The translations under genes and the position numbers were made by a program. The notes beneath the pieces are model-generated. The model was not told the origin of the DNA. It did not search any database and saw nothing but the letters and a program-made list of their open reading frames with translations. From NCBI RefSeq assembly GCF_001447785.1, contig NW_015167061.1:193889-257888 (forward strand): DNA of 64,000 bases. The letters run 5' to 3'. The stretch's first letter is position 1. Each line of letters begins with the position of its first letter. The stretch comes from Gekko japonicus (lineage: Eukaryota). Of the stretch, positions 50,803-64,000 are shown piece by piece.

Positions 50803-52889
50803 TTGGAGCTGCGGTGGCTCAAGTGGTTAAAACGCTGAACTGCAGGCTGTGGAAGGTCGGTCATTCAGCAGTTCGAGACCCGAGTGTGCCGCATGACGGA
50901 GTGAGCTCCCGTCTCTAGTTTCAGCTCCTGCCAACCTAGCAGTTCGAAAGCAAGAAATTGCAAGTAGATAAATAGGTACCACTTCGGTGTGAAGGTAACA
51001 GCGTTTGGTGCGCCTTGGTGTTTAGTCATGCCGGCCACATGACCACGGAAACGTCTTTGGACAGCGCTGGCTCACAACTTTAATGCCAGTCGCTCACAAA
51101 GTAGAATTTTTGCTCACAAGATTCCACAGCTTAGAGGGAGCATTGGTTGCATGGAGACGGTCCCAGGTCCAATCCCCGGCATTTCCATTTAAAAGGACCA
51201 GGCGGCAGGTGATGTGAAAGACCTCTGCCTGAGACCCTGGAGAGCTGCTGCCAGTCTGAGTGGACAATGTTAACCCTGATGGGCCAAGGGTCTGAGCAGC
51301 TTTATGTGAAAACTTAGTTCACATAAAGCAATCATAGACTGGTGCCTGACACAAATTCTCTCTCCCTCTCCTAGTGTAGAATTATTTCTTTCTAAACCAA
51401 AACATGCTACCTGGATGGATACTTACAGGGCTCTTTTTGTAGAAAAGTCCAGAAAGAACTCATTAGCATAACAGGCCACACCCAACACCAGAAACCCATT
51501 AGCATATTAGGCCACACCCCTGCCAGCACAGCTCATTAGCCCATTAGGCCGCACGCCCATGTTACCAGAAGTGTGCTCATCCAGCCACACCCACCTTTTG
51601 CTTCTTATTCTGTTTACCTTGTTTGTTGTCAAAACCCAGGGCTTTTTTTGGAGCAGGAACTCCTTTGCATGTTAGGCCACACACCCCTAATGTAGCCAAT
51701 CCTAATGAGTTTCTGCTGTTGGGTGTGGCCTATTATGCTAATGAGTTCCTGCTGGGCGTGGCCAACTTGGTAGTGTAGAATTATTTCTTTCTAAACCAAA
51801 ATATGCTACCTGGATGGATACTTAGAAATAAGGACCATCGCACTGTGTTTAAAGTAGTAAAGTCAATGTTTTTAGTAATGGAGCTTTGCAGACCTGAAAT
51901 AACACGGGCAGTGACTTAAGACCTGCAAGTTGAAGCTTTTCCTCCTCTGAGCATGTCCAGAGTCCATTTCCTTTGCTTCCTCAGGGACTGAAAATGTCCA
52001 AATTGGGGTTCTTCCCAGCAGCTCTGGCTTGGGAAAGTCCTGGAGATTGGGGGGTGGAGATGGCAGAGAGACCGGCAGGGATGAAATAATGCAACGGAGC
52101 CGTCCCTCTGCCGTTTCCTCCTGGTAGACTCATCTCTGTAGAGCTCCGCTGTAAGTGCAGGAGAGTACCAGGTCCCACCCGGAGATTAGTAAACCAAAGA
52201 GGGATCACACTGACAAGGGAATATATCAAACAAGCAAACTGTGATAAAAATGACAATGACATTTAATAAATCTTATAAACATCAAATTATATTACAAATG
52301 AAACTTTTAACGTTATTACTAAGGGAATTCTGACATTCTCAAGCAAAAGTCCATCACCCTCAAGAGTTACCCTTTTATTTTAAAAAACGACAGCCTCTTG
52401 ATACACACCTTGACTTCTTTTTTACTTCCTTCAGATTAAATTCTGGTTCCATTTTCAGATTATTACAGCTTGACTTCTTTTTTACTTCCTTCAGATTATC
52501 TTCTAGTTCCATTTCAAGTGTTTCAATTAGGAGCAAACCAGTTAATTTATTTCAAGCAGTAGCAACCAGTCCTCTTTTCTATCCGAAACCCTGTCCTTTT
52601 GCTGTCCCACCAGAAAGCCTTTTTTAAAAAAAAAAAAAAAAAAAAATTGGCTGGGAATTGCTCTCTTAACAAGTTGCTGGCTCAAGTGCTCTCTAGTTGT
52701 TTATGGTAGAAGCACATCAGTCCTCTTTTCTCTAATTCCCTTAGTAATAATGTAAAAGTTTCATTTGTAATATAATTCGATGTTTACAAGATTTACGTAA
52801 TGTCATTTTCATTTTTATTACAGTGTTTGTTTGAGATATACCCACCTGGAGATTGGTAGGTGTGACCGCTCAACCCCCTCCTTTCTTAG

Positions 52890-53470
52890 GAAGCCGAAAG
52901 AGAACTACGACTCCCGTGAGGCAGCAGGGTCCGCGGGTGTCGCAGCCGGAGTGACGTCACGGCCCGGCGCGCTCTGCTGACGGTGCCCGGGGCTGGGTTC
53001 CGACTTGCTGCAGCGCAGAGAGAAAGGAGGTGAAGGTGAGCCGGGAAGTTGCTTCGGAAGGCAGCCGGGGGAGGGGGGCGGCAACGCGTGTCACCGCTTT
53101 CAGACGGGACGGCCGGCCTCTCAGGTGCGGGCGTCCTGCTCTCTTTGCACGCTCGTGTGAACGCGGGGGAAGAGGCGTGTCAGTTTCTGCCTGGCGTGCA
53201 AGGAAGGAAGCGCGTGTTTTGGGAGGCAGCGCGTGCACGTGTGCAAGACACGTGAACGGGTGGGGGGGGACAGGTTGGTGGCCACGCCCCAGCCCCGGGG
53301 CACCTGGATTTGGGGCGTGCATTCCAGGTAGGTGCGCGTGTTTGGGAAGGTGGTTTTGGGATGTTCCCGGGGACACGTGCACAGGTCGGGGGCGCTCTCT
53401 CAGGTAGGCAGAGGTTGGAGCGGTTTGAACAAGGCCGGTCTGCTCACCTGGGGCTGGCGGCGGGACGGGG
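52890..53470 (+). promoter_or_regulatory. MFN2 CpG-island promoter and non-coding exon 1 (donor after 53035)
   Basis: ACTACGACTCCC (ZNF143/THAP11-type motif) 52904-52915; full CRE palindrome TGACGTCA 52952-52959; AAG|GTGAG donor; CpG-rich. Confidence 0.75.
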
Positions 53471-54105
53471 TGCGGTAGCAGTGTTCCCTCTAAGCTGCGT
53501 GAGTGTGAGCCAGCTCACAGTTTTTTAGCCTCCGGCTCACACCTTTTTGCCTTCGCTCAGGAAGGAGGGCTCCAGAGCAAATTAACTGATGCAGTAGCCA
53601 AATTGCTGGCTCACAACTTTAATGTCAGCAGCTCACAAAGTAGAATTTTTGCTCACAAGACTCTACAGCTTAGAGGGAGCATTGCAGCCCGTGTTCCCTC
53701 TCAGCTGAGTTAGTGTGAACGAGCTCACAGTTGTTTAGCTCAGGGAGGCTGGCTCCAGAGCAAACTAACTGATGCAGTAGCCGAATTGCTGGCTCACCAC
53801 TTTAATGCCAGCAGCTCACAAAGTAGAATTTTTGCTCACGAGACTCCACAGCTTAGAGGGAGCATTGAGCAGAGGTGCAAGGAATGTGCAGTGTTGAGCA
53901 AAGTGTTCATGTAGTGTTGGGGGGAATGGTTGCTTCGGGTACTATGCCACTCATGGAAGGGGTGTGGGGTGTGGAGAAATCCATTTGCATCATGAGAACC
54001 TGCCATTTACGGTTGCTTCGGGTAGTTTGCCTATCATGGAAGGGGTGTGGAGAAGTCCATTTGCATCATGAGAACCTGCCATTTAGAGACACTAGTAGTG
54101 GGGAC

Positions 54106-54715
54106 AGAGCAAGATGGTGAGGGCTCTGGAGACCCAAGTCCTGTGAGGAAAGGTTGAAGGAGCTGGGTGTGTTTAGCCTGGAGAGGAGACGACTGAGAGG
54201 GGATATGATCACCATCTTCAAGGACTTGAAGGGCTGTCATACAGAGGATGGTGTGGAGTTGTTTTCTGTTGCCCCAGAAAGTCAGACCAGAACCAAAGGG
54301 TTGGAATTAAATCAAAAGAGTTTTCGGCTAAACATGAGGAAGAACTTCCTGACAGATCAGTTCCTCAGTGGAACAGGCTTCCTCGGGAGGTGGCGGGCTC
54401 TCCTTCTTGGGAGGTTTTCAAGCAGAGGCTAGATGGCCATCTGACAGCCATGCTGATTCTGTGAACTCAGGCAGTTCACGATAGGAAGGGTTGCCTCAGT
54501 GCTTAGTTTTCGTGGCCATGGAAATGCTGATTGCTGCTTTGGGGTCAGGAAACAAATTTTCTCCAGGCCAATTTGGCTGGAGGCCCTGAAGGTTTTTTGT
54601 CGGTTTCTGGGTATGGAATGGGTTGTGTGCGGCGGGAGGTATTTGTGAATTTCCTGCATTGTGCAGAGGGTTGGATTAGATGACCCTGGAGGTCCTTTCC
54701 AGCTCTATGATTCCA
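54106..54715 (+). mobile_element. CR1 LINE 3' portion
   Basis: ELGVFSLERRRLRGDMITIFKDLKG...FRLNMRKNFLT (CR1 ORF2 C-terminus); CTATGATTC tail. Confidence 0.9.
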
Positions 54716-55483
54716 TGATGCGCCTGGGCTTAGGGGGCGGCTGAAACATGGCATGCTACGTCCTGGGTGATGAGTGAGCCAGACTGGGTGTGGGGGCATG
54801 GCACACAACAGAGCCAGGGCTATTTCCTCGGCCTGTGGAAGGGCTCAAGGCAGGGTGGACAGGCCGTGCGTGTTCTCTGTCGCGTTATCTTTTTCACTCT
54901 TTGCGGTTGCAGGGAAACAACTGGATTCTGACCTTGTGCAAGTGGCCGTCGCACTCTTCCCACCGCCCCGGAAAGGAGAGAACCATGCTCGGCTTGTGAA
55001 AATTCAGCCCGCCTCTTAAAAGTCAGTGGGATGGCTTATCGGGATGTGATTGGTGGGGTTCTAGAGAATTTAGTTCTAGAGTTGATTTGTGAGGAATCCG
55101 TTTGCTTTGCAGGATCAGGCCAAAGCTCCATCCAGCCCTCCCTAATATTTCCAGCAGTCTCCCGCCACTCATAAACAGACTTTTCTTGTTTCCTTGCCTT
55201 CCCTTGCCCTCTGGTATCCAGAAGTACAGTGCAGCTATCAATGGAATTTCCATTCAGTTATCTGGTTTAATAGCCATTGCTAGAACTGACCTCTGTGAAC
55301 TTGTCTAATCCCTTTTCGGTGCCAGCTAAGCTGCTGGCCATCCTGGCCTGTTGTGGCAGTGAGTTCTCTAGGCTAATGGGTTTAAGGGGGGGGAAGGAGG
55401 AGTCTCAGTTGCAGATCTCTAAACGCCAGCAGCAGGTATTAAGTCTGTTGCTGCAGAATAGTAGGAAGCCCAGTAGCACCTTT

Positions 55484-55845
55484 AAGTCTAACAAACTTTA
55501 TTGCAGCATAAGCTTTCAAGAAACACAGCTCTCTTCATATGTAAATTTGACTCAGTCAGACTCGAATAGAGACTTTGGATGGTTATCTCATTGCCAGAAG
55601 TGACTGCCTTTCAGGTATTCCATTCAGATTTCATCAGTAGAAGGAAGGGGTCACACCTAGCCTGGATTGTGCATTCTACCCTTCTCATGACTTTTGCAAC
55701 TGCTTTGCATGTACGTGGCACTTTCTGCTTCCTCCCCTTACCACCTATATACCTCTGGCCAGTTTCTTCATACCCTCCACGCATCTGACGAAGAGAGCTG
55801 TGTTTCTTGAAAGCTTATGCTACAACCAAGTTTGTTAATCTTAGA
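55484..55845 (+). mobile_element. Penelope-like element 3' end with inverted fragment and hammerhead core
   Basis: NRDFGWLSH resembles the Penelope ORF C-terminus; GCAT-CTGACGA-A-GAGAGCTGTGTTTCTT-GAAAGCTT-ATGC at 55781-55820. Confidence 0.75.
55781..55820 (+). ncRNA. Minimal (dimer-type) hammerhead ribozyme motif
   Basis: CUGANGA and GAAA boxes, imperfect stem II, palindromic AAGCUU stem III, GCAU/AUGC stem I. Confidence 0.55.
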
Positions 55846-57690
55846 TCCGGAATGCACGCCATCTAATTTTCATTACTGTATGCACTTTATTGCTAAATTG
55901 TTAATTTATGTGTTGAATTGAGTATGTTTTATGTGATTTTATAGAGTTTTAAGAGTTTTATGGTACACCAATTAGGTACATGGTACCGCTTTGTTAGCCG
56001 CCCTGAGCCTGCTCGCAGGATGGGCGGGGTATAAATATAATAAATAAATAAATAAAGGTGCTATTGGGCCACTGTAAGCTCTGGTCCTCATTTTTTGTTG
56101 ATGCTCTACCTCTAAGCAGTGCTTCCTTCTTTCCTCGACGGGATCAGAAGCGAGGCGTTTCTTTCTCAGGCCTTGCTAAAGCCAAAGGAAGCAGCCAAAC
56201 CAACCTACTCCATTTGTCATCCAGCCCTAAACCGGAGCCAGTTGCTGGCAGCATCTGCCTTGGCGGCTATGGATCAGGATAGCAGAATCCCAGATGAAGG
56301 TGTCGTCTGTGGTCTAGTGGATAGAGTGGCAGACTACGACCCTGGGCAACCTGGGTTTGAATCCTCACTTCTCTGGAAGCTTGCTTGGTGACCTTGGGCC
56401 TGTCACAAGTTCTCAGCCTGGCCTGCCTCACAGGGTGGTTGTTGTGACAGAGTGGAAGAGAGGAGAACAATGTTATAAGCTGCTTTGAGTCCCAACTGGG
56501 GAGGAAAGCAGGATATAAATAACTGCCAGTGCATCAGCTTGTAAAAATTGGTGGGGTATCCGCTGTGTGTTGCGGGGGCGATCGCTCATAAAACTGGAGT
56601 ATCCCTCTCGGAAATCCATGCTGAGCCTGCGTGGGGACAGAATGCAGGATGTCCAGTGCAAATTTCTCAGTTATCCTTCCTCCCCCCCCTGTCCTGTTAA
56701 ATCCCAAGCTCCTTGGTCCTGCCTGTCTTCCCTTGCTGCTGAGCATGAAGAACCACATGCATTAATGGTGCAGCTTAAATTAATAATAACACAACAGAAG
56801 TAGAAGAAGAGATTGGATTTATACCCCCCCCTTCACTCGGAGTCTCAGAGCGGCTTGCAGACTCCTTTCCCTTCCCCTCCCCACAACAGACACCCTGTGA
56901 GGTAGGTGGGGCTGACAGTGCTCTTTCCAGAACTGTGCTTGAGAGAACAGCTCTGACAGAACTACGGCTTGCCCAAGGTCATCCAGCAGCTGCAAGTGGA
57001 GGAGTGGGGAAATCAAACCCGGTTCTCCCAGATTAGAGTCCGCGCACTTAACCACTACATCAAACTGGCTCTTATCAAGGTTGATTCCTGCCCCAATTCT
57101 ATTAAATTTTTCAGGCAGATCTGATGAATTTAATATCTCCCTCCCCCCTTTCATATTGTTCTAACAAAATCACCTCTAAAGTGGCCAAATTTTGCCCCTC
57201 GGCAAGATCAACAAGGAAGCAGCTGGTCAGGTTTTCTTATTCATGGTCTCTACTATTGAAATCAGGCTGCCTGGGAACTTGATGGTTTGCAAATGTGCTG
57301 ATAACTATGAGTGTCAATCGTGACTGATCTATGACTCTAACTAATAAAGAAAGAAGCATCCTACAGTTGATTCCTGCCTTCTCCTTTGGGTCCGTTCCGG
57401 TATCCTGGCTTCCAGCCAAATGTCTCTGGGCAGTCCAGAAGCACTCATGAGAACCACTGTTCTCTGTTGTCTGCCCCTGGTATTAAAAGGTAGACTGCGC
57501 TTGCTTCTGGAGGCTCCATTTAGCCACCATGGTTAATAGCCGTTAACAGGTGTCTGTGCTCGAAGGAGAAATAAGAACTGGAAAGGCTTGTGGAGGGAGG
57601 CTGTTTCCGAGGCGAGGCCACCCCTGCGTTTGGCTGGTTGCAGGTACACTCTGTTTATTGAGCTGCCTGTCTTTCCCCCCCTCCAGCGCG

Positions 57691-62963
<5,273 letters not shown>

Positions 62964-64000
62964 TAGAGCAATAATTGAATAAGCCTAAGGAGTGGTGACG
63001 TCTTTGCGGTGTCCTAATTAGGTGGGATAATACTCATATTGTTGCCTGGGGATTTTTCCCTTGAAGGATCCAGGCCTTTTGCCCCCATCCCTCTGAGATC
63101 TGGCACAGAGAAGCCACCTGGCGACAAGGGTCGTCCAGCTGCATTTTGGGAAAATCCTGTGTGTGTGTGTGTGAGAGAGAGAAGTGCCGCCAAGTCACTT
63201 CCGACTTACGGTGACCCTGTGAATTTATGACCTCCAAAGTGTTCTATCGTTGGCAGCCTTGGTCATGTCTTGTGGATCGAGGGCCATGGCTTCCTTGAAG
63301 AAGAAGAGAAGAGATTGGATTTATACCCCGCCCTTCTCTCGAAGTCTCAGAGGGGCTTGCAAACTCCTTTCCCTTCCCCTCCCCCCAACAGACACCCTGT
63401 GAGGTAGGTGGGGCTGAGAGAGCTCTTTCCAGAACTGCCCTTGAGAGGACAGCTCTTGTCAGAACTATGGCTTGCCCAAGGTCATCCAGCAGCTGCGAGT
63501 GGAGGAGTGGGGAATCAAACCCGTTTCTCCCAGAGTCCATTCATCTCTCTCTTCCTCTTCTCCTGGCACGATGGTCTTTCGCATTGAGTCTTGTTTGTCA
63601 GTTTGGTGTAGTGGTTAAGAGTGCAGAGTCTAATCTGGGAGAACTAGCTTTGATTCCCCACTCCTTCCCATGCAGCTGCTGGTGTGACCTTGGGTCAACC
63701 ACAAGTTCTGTCAGAGCTGTTCTCTCAAGGCCAGTTCTGGAAAGAGCTCTCTCATCCCCACCTACCTCAGCAATGTTCCCTCTAAGCTGTGGAGTCTCAT
63801 GAGCAAAAATTCTACTTTGTGAGCTACTGGCACTAAAGCTGTGAGCAAGTGATTTGGCTGCTGCATAAATTAGTTTGCTCTGGAGACCTCCTTCCTGAGC
63901 TGAGATGGAAATGGGTGAGCCAGAGGCTAAAAAACTGTGAGCCAGCTCACACTAACTCAGCTTAGAGGGAACACTGCTCACAGGGTGTCTGTTGTGGGGA

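Overview
Vertebrate genomic DNA from a gapped assembly. The Sauria-type SINEs, CR1/L2/RTE-X LINE relics, Penelope elements and hAT MITEs point to a squamate, probably a gecko (inference). Gene order: an unnamed membrane guanylyl cyclase on the minus strand (5' part only; it runs off the left edge), KIAA2013 (-), PLOD1 (+, all 19 coding exons) and MFN2 (+, first five coding exons). KIAA2013-PLOD1-MFN2 is the block that lies next to NPPA/NPPB in human. Three main points. (1) The cyclase has a chemoreceptor-like layout (basic N-tail, TM1, ~290-aa helical ectodomain, TM2, S-helix, cyclase, no kinase-homology domain) that resembles invertebrate NIT-domain guanylyl cyclases. (2) PLOD1 exon 18, in the catalytic domain, is 10 nt short and frameshifted, and its splice acceptor has been duplicated by a retro-insertion that offers a premature terminal exon. 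(3) Several Penelope-derived elements carry minimal hammerhead-ribozyme cores, and a graded ~75-bp tandem array sits in the divergent KIAA2013/PLOD1 promoter interval. Exon boundaries were read by hand. Homology calls and human exon sizes come from memory of the families, not from database searches.
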